Shown: piece by piece, positions 13,701 through 22,900 of the stretch
Layout of the letters: every line of letters begins with the position of its first letter
Numbering within the stretch: position 1 is the first letter of the stretch
Assembly (NCBI GenBank): GCA_964016885.1
Contig: OZ024750.1
Coordinates: forward strand, 682,001-746,000
Direction of reading: 5' to 3'
DNA length: 64,000 nucleotides
DNA from: Eledone cirrhosa
Lineage: Eukaryota
Notes under the pieces: generated by a model
Told to the model about the DNA's origin: nothing
Seen by the model: the letters and a program-made list of their open reading frames with translations, nothing else
Databases searched by the model: none
Translations under genes and position numbers: made by a program

Positions 13701-14231
13701 GCAGTGGCAGTAGCTCCCTGAACTTCTTCAATCCCGTTCTTACCCTAGTTATTGTACTTTCCGAACACCCACCTCCGCTGCTAATTTGGTCACCTAGGTA
13801 GCAGAAGCTGTTTCTACAGAGCCCTCCCAGAGTTTGGTGGTACTTGTTTCCTGTGGCTGTTTGCTGTCCCAGCGCAGCTGCTACATGTGAAGCCTACATT
13901 CTTAGTTAAACTTCCTGAGATCCCACTACATCTCTTGTGTACACATTGTTTGCATTTGGGGCAGAGGATGGAGTTTCTACCTACACCTTTTCTACATACT
14001 GAGCAAGGCCATTTTCCTGAAGGGATCTGGGTTCTGTTTTCTCGTCTACTTACAAGAACCCTAGTCTTTGTCAGGTTGACTTTGAGACCCTTTCTTTCTA
14101 GTCCCTGCATCCATGTTTGGAATTTGTTCTCTTATATATATATTGTATTTTATTTTGTACAGACTGCTTGTAAACTTCCCCGCCGACCAATGGCTGTATG
14201 CAATACTCCAGTGAATGAGAGCTGTGTTTGA
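1..14231 (+). CDS. ARHGAP19: Rho GTPase-activating protein, ARHGAP19-like; last 10 exons, 5' truncated: 1-202, 681-895, 1559-1645, 3035-3151, 6623-6775, 8281-8427, 10221-10406, 10995-11126, 12452-12709, 14163-14231
   Basis: All introns are GT-AG and the phases join into one open frame. RhoGAP motifs: EGLFRKTG (arginine finger), HDCASVLKTFLKELPE, NRMTSKSLGTIFAP. The downstream TQTEIAKLYNHIQSMPNTAKKRKLLKQF and RSRT segments resemble the ARHGAP19 family as recalled. Stop TGA at 14229-14231. Confidence 0.85.
681..895 (+). CDS. ARHGAP19: RhoGAP exon (GAP domain)
   Basis: Acceptor ctctctgtag; DMARRC...LLLLPKENTLLLECLLDLL...NRMTSKSLGTIFAPHFLCPRN; donor gtatgt. Confidence 0.9.
1559..1645 (+). CDS. 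ARHGAP19: RhoGAP exon
   Basis: Acceptor ttctctccag; LTPSEFHVASENFSELTTFIIDKAADVFQ; donor gtaaac; 87 nt, phase 0-0. Confidence 0.85.
1734..2571. repeat. 37-bp minisatellite, about 22.5 copies, in a RhoGAP intron
   Basis: Unit AAACTATCWGTTGGTYGGAACTCCTGGTGAGCCAAGG, head-to-tail with no spacers. Confidence 0.97.
2735..2926 (+). mobile_element. Mariner-type MITE, about 190 bp
   Basis: TIR consensus TA-CGAGGGTCGGCTGAAAAGTTCATAGGCTGA across copies; at least 7 copies in the window. Confidence 0.8.
3035..3151 (+). CDS. ARHGAP19: RhoGAP exon
   Basis: Acceptor ttgtag; IPKDLAKDINQFWKDMENP...PLTSR; donor gtttgt; 117 nt. Confidence 0.8.
5544..5790. repeat. Degenerate tandem repeat, period about 100 bp, 2.5 units
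   Basis: gagctgtaa at about 5582, 5680 and 5780; gcccctatcatt..aaa.acc.caagaaa twice. Confidence 0.7.
6369..6515. repeat. Dispersed element ending in a long imperfect palindrome (47-bp arms, 6417-6515)
   Basis: Arms ataagaacgagtc...ttcaac and gttgaa...gactcgttcttat, plus a tail of about 50 bp shared with 49759-49930. Confidence 0.85.
6623..6775 (+). CDS. ARHGAP19: RhoGAP exon (ARHGAP19-type conserved segment)
   Basis: REKSDDAVNTCVNFADR...TQTEIAKLYNHIQSMPNTAKKRKLLKQ; donor gtactt; 153 nt. Confidence 0.85.
7350..7530 (-). mobile_element. RTE/Expander-like LINE 3' end (second copy near 59725-59990)
   Basis: Minus strand reads PRGRPRAKWLDNIHELGW*RLGIQPDQLEMVASDRTHWKECLRTLPPRP; a diverged copy lies in the TAPT1 U12 intron. 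Confidence 0.7.
7657..7853 (+). mobile_element. piggyBac-type (TTAA) MITE; copies near 48705-48886 and 55560-55788
   Basis: TTAAccctttag...ctaaagggTTAA; shared body cataatatcgaatctatg...gagaacaataccttaacg...ctggccagata. Confidence 0.75.
8281..8427 (+). CDS. ARHGAP19: RhoGAP exon
   Basis: Long pyrimidine tract then gaag acceptor; FSKINHTN...RQTRSRTLGLGESIM; donor gtaagt; 147 nt. Confidence 0.8.
8865..9200 (+). mobile_element. tRNA-derived SINE with RTE-type 3' tail
   Basis: A box TGGCTTAGTGG, B box AGTTCAATTC, core ccttgagcaagacacttt, tail gcaagcagggaaaaagcggacgtaaaatga; near-identical inverted copy at 51888-52225. Confidence 0.85.
10221..10406 (+). CDS. ARHGAP19: RhoGAP exon
   Basis: Acceptor ttttacag; RHLPRMRNRQKDGE...LNLTYKP; donor gtaaga; 186 nt. 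Confidence 0.75.
10995..11126 (+). CDS. ARHGAP19: RhoGAP exon
   Basis: Acceptor ttgtag; TFTDCSTMSTTESSSQ...KKKLDFDTVLNSE; donor gtgggt; 132 nt. Confidence 0.75.
11860..12256 (+). mobile_element. Head-to-tail dimer of a second tRNA-derived SINE family
   Basis: Two units of about 195 bp: ggtggattggcagtatcggtagag...gagttcaaatcccgccgagg...gcctttcatccttacggggtcgataaaataaagtaccag...agaaacaattatta. Confidence 0.88.
12452..12709 (+). CDS. ARHGAP19: RhoGAP exon
   Basis: Acceptor ttcttccag; TGSPLVHV...KKTRKRRSDESDENK...TSFRKNHYR; donor gtaagt; 258 nt. Confidence 0.8.
13255..14132 (-). mobile_element. RTE-type non-LTR retrotransposon 3' fragment (RT C-terminus, frameshifted)
   Basis: GLKVNLTKT, WPCSVCRKGVGRNSILC, FCYLGDQI, KKFRELLPLL, LYDACIRTAMLHGSETW, RPKKTWDEVIKADL; related pieces at 19450-19650, 39680-39860, 45285-45560. 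Confidence 0.9.
14163..14231 (+). CDS. ARHGAP19: RhoGAP terminal coding exon
   Basis: Acceptor ttttgtacag; TACKLPRRPMAVCNTPVNESCV-stop. Confidence 0.75.
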   Translation, partial: TACKLPRRPMAVCNTPVNESCV

Positions 14232-14435
14232 AACTTAACTTTCATCCAAATAATTGATGTGCTCTACCCAGCTAAAATTGCAAACATGACAACACTACCA
14301 CTTTCATCTTCTGGCTAAGTCTAAAATTGCTATCATCTCAAACTTCTGATGGCATTTACTTCCGTTCCTCCGCCCATCCACCTCAAGTAATCAAATTTGC
14401 ATTGTGTGATAAAAGAAAAAAGAACGAAAATTGCC

Positions 14436-14472
<37 letters not shown>

Positions 14473-14517
14473 TTGTTACTTTTTTTTTTTGCTTTGTTAC
14501 TTTTTTTTTTTTTTATA

Positions 14518-14523
14518 AATAAA
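14518..14523 (+). terminator. Candidate polyadenylation signal of the RhoGAP gene
   Basis: AATAAA about 290 nt after the stop, directly after a long T-rich tract. Confidence 0.45.
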
Positions 14524-15314
14524 CACCTGTACACACCTGTAATCTATCATTCCTCGCTCCCACCTTTCATCAAATATATTCAACCTTACTACTCAGTTCC
14601 TGTCCTATCTAATCAATTTAAATTATTTAAGTGATATGCTTGAGTGTGTGTCTCTATGTGTGTCTGCCTATGTGTCTGTATGTGCATGCAATTTACACCA
14701 CTGTTAATACAAGATCACATCCAAAACTGAATATCCAAATGTAATTCTTCAACTACACATACATCATCATCATCATCATCATCATCATATACCTTGATGT
14801 ATATTTTATGTCAATTTGAGTGTGAAACCCTGTTTTACATTAACAATATATATTCATTGTAAATGTGCCATATTTTTTAACATACAGTATGCATTCGTTT
14901 TTATTTTGTTTGGTTTCTTTTTTAATTTCTATTAAATATTATTTTTGCTGGTTATTTTTCATTGAAAAGTGGCGATCCCTCAAAGACTGAGTTTCTGTTC
15001 ACATTTTTACTGTCACTTGCCTTTTCTTTGAATTGAGATTTTCGTTTCCTGATATCAGTAAGTGGCTAGAAACATTGTTAATGTTCTGTGTTGCAGACAA
15101 CACCTCTTGAAACAAATCTGCTAAAGACTCAGCATTCTTGTTGGAGGATCTACATTGTTTACAAATATGAGCTGGACTCTTGTGAACCAAAATACCCAAG
15201 TTTTGGGGGTTTTTTTACATTCAGAAAGATACTGGCTTTTTCTGAAAGCCATAAGTTGCTGAAATTCAAATATGCTTTCTTCTTTCTCATTTATTATTAT
15301 CTGAAGAATAATAT

Positions 15315-15751
15315 GGTGGGTTGGCAGTATTGGTAGGTCAGACGCCATGCTTTGCAGCATAGAGTTACGGACCTTTATCATCTGAGTTCAAGTTCCACTG
15401 AGGTTAACTTTGCCTTTCATCCTTACGGGGTCGATAAAATAAAGTACCAGTAATACACTGGGATAATTGCTGGCCTTGTGCCAAAAGTAGAAACAATTAT
15501 TATCTGGTGGATTGGCAGAATTGGTAGAGCGTTGGACACCATGCTTTGCAGCATAAAGTTACAACCCTTTACATTGAGTTCAAATTTCACTGAGATTAGT
15601 TTTGCCTTTCATCCTTATGGGGTCGATAAAATGAAGTACCAGTAACACACTGGGGTTGATTTAATCAACTTTCCATCTCCGCTTCAAATTCCACCTCACC
15701 CCACCAAAATAAATTTCCTGGTCTTGTACCTAAATTAGAAACCATTATTAT
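15315..15751 (+). mobile_element. SINE dimer (second family)
   Basis: Two consecutive units of the family seen at 11860-12256. Confidence 0.85.
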
Positions 15752-16039
15752 TTTATCTTTCTGTAAATTATTTGATAAATACTATTTTAAATGCAGATTT
15801 CTATGAAATCTCTAAAATTAAGTCAGTACCAAGCTGAGAGCCTCTGTTATTGTGTAACTGTATATAAACCAATCTAACAGTAAAACTGTTTTAGTAATTC
15901 AGCTTGCAGTCACTAACATATAAAACTATCTCTCATATGTAGCCTTCATTATTTCATACATATTATCATGTATCTGATTTTTGATTTTTTTACAAAGCAT
16001 ATTTTTAATGTACCAAGATGTGAAACATGACAAAACCTC

Positions 16040-16245
16040 ATGAAGGTCAGCTGAAAAATTCATAGGCTGACCAAGATATTCTCATGGAATGACCAAATGA
16101 GGTTTATTTTTCAACATAGTCCCTGGAAAGAAACAATGCAGTTATTAATAAAGAAGAGTTGAAATTAATGCATGTAAGATTTCACAGCTCTAGCATCACT
16201 CCTTCATAGTCAGCCCTATGAACTTCTTTTCAGCCGACCCTCGTA
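16040..16245 (+). mobile_element. Mariner-type MITE copy
   Basis: Same body and TIRs as 2735-2926; ends cagccgaccctcgTA. Confidence 0.8.
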
Positions 16246-16890
16246 TACAGATTTTCAGTATTGTAAATGAACCATTTTGATGTTCCTCTGACTAAATAAA
16301 CTTGTCATCAATTGAGATTGAACTCATTTTCTCAGCTTTTCATTTTTGTTTGTTTTTTATTATATTATTGAATTACTGCCACACTCAGTGATTTATACAA
16401 GAAAGCATGTTCACATGGATTTTGGGGGTTGGCTTTGCTTACTTTTAAGACGGTTAATTAGCAGAATCGTGAGGGCAATAGACTGAAAATATCCAGGTAT
16501 TTGTTCCAGCTCACTATGCTCTGATCCTGTCAAGATCAAATTTACTTTGTGTTGCCACAGATAATGTCCTGTCATTCCTTTGCCCCGAAGCAGCCGCCTT
16601 ACTGCTTTCACACTACAACATCACATTGGTGGGACTCTGCAAGACATGCTGGCCTGGCAGCAGGGAATTCATCGCAGCAGACCACTGCCTCATCTCAGAA
16701 ATTCAGACAAATTAATTATAAATAACTGTGTATATATAGTTTCAATATTTATTTGAAAATGTCACGTGATATTGAAATCAAACAGTATGAACTATTGAAA
16801 TAGTTTTGCAAAAGATTTACTCATGCTTGCAAAAAACTGACCAGTTTAACGCAATATCTGTAATGTCAGTAACGATTTTACCTAAAACCC

Positions 16891-16990
16891 TTAATACGTA
16901 TCTGTCAAGTCTGGATCAGAAGAGTTACTGAAAAATAACTCAAGTGTTTGTTCATCAAATTGCTCTGGTTGGTTCAAATATGACATCCAT
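16891..16990 (-). CDS. SOX30: SoxH terminal coding exon
   Basis: Acceptor atttttacag; (R)[32 protein letters not shown]-stop; minus-strand AATAAA at 16748-16753. Confidence 0.7.
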
Positions 16991-19900
16991 CTGTAAAAAT
17001 GAGATAAAATATTAATGAGCATGCAATTAATATTTCCAATCCAATCCGGGGCTTTCTCACTCCTGTTGGAGGAATCCCTTCCTGGTTGACCTATATCCAA
17101 TCCAGGACCTCACTTCTGTTGGAGGAACCCCCTCCCTGTATGAGCAAGACGTGGTCATCTGACCTCGATTTGCCTCAAATAGGACAACCTATCTAACCCA
17201 TACTAGCGTGGAAAATGGACATTAAACAATGATATATCATCATCATCATCATTTTACGTCCGCTTTTCCCTGCTTGCAAGGGTGGGACGGGTCTTATTCA
17301 GAAATATATATATATAAATTTGATATCAATTATAATGATATAGTATGAAGAATTATACAGGTAAATTTGATAAAAAGATTGTTCAAATTAGAATGCTCAC
17401 CTGCCAATGTCTAGCTGCGGTATGTTATCAACTGAAAGACAGTCATCTAACTTTTCTTTTATTCCATCCAAAACATCTAGATCTTTAAAAAAAGGAAATT
17501 CCCAACAATAGATAATCAAATTAATATCCCAATTGAATATTTATATTCTTATGGAAGTGATCAGTTAAGATAATAGATATCTCTCATTGGTACCATCTTC
17601 TCACATTTTGGCATTTAGAGGATGGCCTGGAGGTGAACATGGCACAAAGAAATTAAAAGACACAACTTTTAGTAACACAACAATGCTAATAATAAATGAT
17701 TACAGCATAAATGGTCTTAATTCTTAATGTCTTATATCACAAGAAACCAGATTAACAAGACATTCTTGAAAAGTGTAAAACAGTACCATGATTGTATCAC
17801 ATAAAAATTGAAGTCTCTAATCCAATACTGCAAATGTTCACAACAATCTGTCCAATAGTAAAGCTACTATAAACATTTGAATTAACAAATCCTGTTTTTA
17901 GACATTTTCTGTTAAATCATTATAGGATGTTAAGAGTTGATATATATCAGAACTTTTTTGGATATTTTAGGTGTTTTAAAAGAAATAGTAAGTTTGATTT
18001 TTATAAAAGTGAGAGTAGTAGTTAACTTGAGTCATTAGATAACAAATTGGCTGGTAAAATGGTCAATAAAGAAACCCTCTTTATGGTTACTTGACCTGCT
18101 AGAAATAGTAACTAAATCTCCCTTAACTCTTAGCATCCTGTAAAGATTTAGTTGAAAATATCTCGAAACAAGTTTGTTAACTCGCATGTTTATATTATCA
18201 TCACTAATCAACAGAACATTGTGAAAAACTACAGTAAACAAAAGTAGAGACTTTAATTTTTAATGTGATGCAGTTGTTGTACTGTTTGGTACTTTTAAAG
18301 AATGTCTTACTAATGTGGTTTTGTATGGTACAGGAAGTTAAGATTTAAATCACGCCCCAATGTTTTAAAAAAGAATACATTATTATTTTATGTCGGTAGA
18401 TTGGCAGTATAGGTTGAGCGTCGAACAATATGCTTATTGGCATAGAGTTACGTCCCAGACTAGGATATAAAGGTCTTTCTCCCTTAGTCTCAAAAACCCT
18501 CCATAAAATGTCCCAAGTGCTGCCCTTCCTGATTAAGCCATTAACCTATCAAACCCACCAGTCCACTACAGTGGCACCAACGATGTTTCACTCTATCTTG
18601 CTATTTATTGCTGTTATTTACACTGTTTTCTACATAAATCTGTAAATATTTTACATCATTATTTTAACCTGTGATTTCTCATAATGCATTGCTGTAATTT
18701 TTATTAGTTTTTTTTCAGTTTAATTAACAAATGTTGTAATTTTTACGCAGCTGTTCAAGACTAGGGACCACACATGTAGCAAGGGATCAGGGTTCAAAGG
18801 CTTAAAAAGAAAAAAAAACAGATACCTTGACATAGATGACTACCTTTTGAATTTGAATAGCTGTCTGGAATTTCCAGTATGCCTTGATCAGAGCACTTGT
18901 GTAGAATAGGGGACAGCTTATCAGGTGAGATGAATGGCTCATCTGAAACAGGCATTGTTGAATTGAACAGGTATTCCTGGCCATGCATATATTCAAGAAA
19001 GGACAAGTTTTCATTTGTTTCACTGCTTTCATCAGTTTTCAGCGTCGTCGATAAACTAGAAAGTTCTGTAAGAGAGAGAAAGAAACTGTTGAACGAGGTT
19101 ATCATAATTAAAACAACAACAGCAGAGAACTCCCTGAACAACCAGACAACTTTCAAATGGAGTGCAGTCATTTCACCATATACATTGTCCAAAATCCAGG
19201 GCCTTTTCATTCCTGTTGGAGAAACCCCTCCCTGGTTGACCTACACCACTTCCTATCTCTGGTCATATTGGGCCATGTGGGGCCGAGGTATCGGGTCAGA
19301 TCATTGCGCCATCTGGCCTTTGGCCACCCTCTGGTTCTTTTCCACTGCCTTGGTGTCCGTTCTGTCACTCTAATAGTTCAATATATGTCTTCTGCTGTAC
19401 CCTCGGGTCAACCAATGCCTGGTGAGGGAATTTGATCAATAGGGACTCTATAAAAGCCCGTTGTCTGTATGTATGTGTTTTTGCCTCTGTTCATCCAAGC
19501 TCTGCCTTTCTCTCACATCTACATTGCACATACAACAAAGCACGGTTGCTTCGTTTCTCTCTAGCCTACCATGTTTCACTACCATGTAGCACCACATGTC
19601 TTCTGCAGCCACATCCCATGTTTCACTACCATGCAGCACCAGACTTCACACACAGGCATCACACAGTTGTTCTTTTGCCATCGATAAAACAATTGATCTG
19701 AACATGTAGCATCAAAACATGAATAATTTCTTACCTTGAAATGAATCCATGGCAGAGTTTTGCTGAGTCTTATATTGTTCTTCAAGTGGCCAGTATTCAG
19801 GTGGGTTGGACTGAATTTGGTCATTCAACAATGAAGGACTGTAGCAATTGGAATTGAGAGTGGCTGCAGAACTTAGCATATATTTAGTGCTATATTGGAG

Positions 19901-22900
19901 ACCCTGAGATGTCTCGGCAGCGGAATATGATACTACACTTCTTAGGTTTGTCCAAGGGGAGATATAATTGTTTGCTGAAAATATATATAGAAAGAAATGT
20001 GACCACTAGTGGTGTCAAATATGAAGTGTAGACACTAAGACTTACACACACACACACATACATACTGCCACCACCACTACCACCACCACCGATTATTAAA
20101 CCAACCAACCAACCGGAAATTTGTAATTAACTAAAGTGAAAACCAACAGGTGTGTGTGTTTTTTATTGGCAGCGTGACCCTCCCAAAGTATAACAATATA
20201 TACATACACACATATATATATATCATAATCTATAAAGCTCAGTGTGTGGTCATGCTCCTTCGTTATAGAAATCTACGATATAGAATTTCTTCAATTGAAA
20301 TTTACAATTCAGTATTCGAAATAGTTTCGATTGTGTCTTGACGCAGATAATTTTTTCAATTTCACCCACAATTACGCAAAAAATAGATAAAACTCAATAT
20401 TTTACGATTTTTCTCTCTCATTTAAACTGCTGAAACCTTTCTACTACCATTCAAAATCTATACAACTTCATACTTTCTGCTACTTTCTCTTTCCAAGCTT
20501 GGTGGTGATACTGTCCGTTCACACCACTCCCTACTGTCTTAAATTTAGAAAACACATATCCTCTATGAGGTTACTAAACCTGCTAGAAACAGCAGCTAGC
20601 TCTTCCCCATATCACACCCCTTCCCACACCGCTCCCTACTGTCTTAAATTTAGAAAACATATCCTCTATGAGGTCACTAAACCTGCTAGAAACAACAGCT
20701 AACTCTCCCCCATATCACGCCACTCCCTACTGTCTTAAATTTAGAAAACACACAGACAACCATGCAGAACAACTCTGTTGTTCGGCTGGCATCGTCTACG
20801 CATGTGTTGCGCAAGTATTGTGAAACAATAAATTTCAACACTTTTTTGCACAGAGATAATATCCATAGGCGAAACTACAATTGTCACTGCTGGCGCAGCT
20901 CATGCTTCCAGGTCTGCAATTCATTCACCCCGTGCCTGGCAGACAAAAAAGTGCTGCCATAAAATGGGTGGTGCAACCTAACTTTGGTAACTTAATGACC
21001 CCGAGCAACGCCGGGCTTTAATGCTAGTATAATATATATGAGGGTGCGTGTGTGAATATATATATATGCACATGCGTATCATCATCATTATTAATGGATG
21101 ATGATATCTATATATATCGTCCCACCCTTGCAAGCAAGGAAAAGCGGACTTAAAATGATGATGATGATGATGATCATCATCATCATATATATCACCACCA
21201 GACACTTTTTTCCTCCAACATTCATTATCTATTCATATCATATATTCATACGTATGAACTGGTACAGTTATCTCTTGATTCAGTTGTTTCTAAGACATCA
21301 ACTTACCAGAACCATCTTGGTTTGACCAGTTGGACTCCCATGAACAAACATCTGAGTACATTTGATCTTGGCACATCTGACCGTTATTACCAGAAACATA
21401 TTCAGTATTGAGTGGCGGATTTTCTAAATTGTTAGATTCAGAATTAGAATTAACGGCACCTTCCGCTGGCATAGACACAGCCATTGTGTTGTCAGAAAGA
21501 GGGTAAAGAATTGGTATCACTGCCATCTGAGGAATTTGTTGATTTTGATCACAGATTATTTTGGGTAGAATTGACTCTGTCAGATTGTTGTCAACTTGAA
21601 GATCATTAAATGTACCTTCAAAGCGCTGCCGGATATTTGGTCGATATACCCATCCTGCAAATATAAAATATATATTAGTTTTAACTAAGCTTCCGACAAA
21701 ACTTTCGTAGAAGCTCTCTTTTAATAGTTCTTGTTTTTGATGCTTCTGGGGGTTCATTTCAAATCAACAATCTGATACCTGAGGTTGGAGAATTCATTAT
21801 TCCTTTTCCTTGGGTCCTGAATGTCTGATGAAGTCATAGAGGTATTGACATTATGACATAAGATATGTCTTTGGTATTTTAATCATGTTGGAGACGACAC
21901 CTCTCCAGACCTGAGTACAGCTGATTTTTTTCCAGAGATTGAAAGAGAGAAGAAGAAGAATCAACGCCAGTACTGGACTGGTGCTTTATTTTATTGACAC
22001 CATGAGGATGAAAGGCAAAGCTGAACTCGGAACATAAATGGACATAACTCTATACTGCGAAATATGGTGTCCAATACTCTACCAATACTGCCAACCCACC
22101 ACTGATAATAATAATAACACCACTGATAATAATATAACTGTACTAAGAATTATGTGATATAATTACCTGGATAATCTTTGCGGTGTTTATATTTGATCCG
22201 ATTTGACTCATCAAAATAGGGTTTCTGTTGAGCTGGAGACATTTTATGCCAAATCTCTCCCAAGTAGATACTGATTTGGGAATTAGATGCTGTTGGAAAC
22301 ATTTTCATTAAAGTAGATCTATAAGTACGTCCAAATACCATAAAAGCATTCATTGGACGTTTTATGTTCCCATTTTTATTACGAGAACTACTTCCACTTG
22401 TCTTGTAGGGCAGCTTAGTTCCTGGAAATAAATAAATAAATAATAAATAAACATATGATAAATAAATATGTTTTTTTTTAAATTCACTTTTAATTGTGGT
22501 ATTTATATTTAAAAAAAAATGTTTGTGGTTTTCCAACTCTGAATTCAAATCCCACCAAAGTCAACCTTCATCCTTTCATGGTCAATAAATACCAGTTGAT
22601 GGGTGACAAATTAGTGGGATTGTTAAAACATCAGAAGGAATGTTTTTGTGGTATCTGTTCTGACTTTGTACATTCTCAGTTCTATTCCTGCCTCATTTCA
22701 CCAAGGACACTCCTCAGTTCGAGAATTGTGACCAGAAAATAATATCAGCAATGGAAATGGAATTTTGTTTTTTTTCCTTGGCCTAGTGGTAAGGTGTTGG
22801 ACTTACAATCATAATGTTGTGGGTTTGATTCCTGGACTGGGTTGTGTGTTGTGTTCTTGAGCAAAACACTTCATTTCATGTTGCTTCAGTATACTAGGCT

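Noticed and set aside
18897-19373. 158-aa plus-strand ORF
   Set aside because: Antisense of a SoxH exon plus an RTE fragment, with no independent splice or homology support.
21820-21875. Degenerate Penelope-type hammerhead (ctgatgaagtcata...tatgacataagatatgtc)
   Set aside because: The required GAAA is absent; at most a dead relic.
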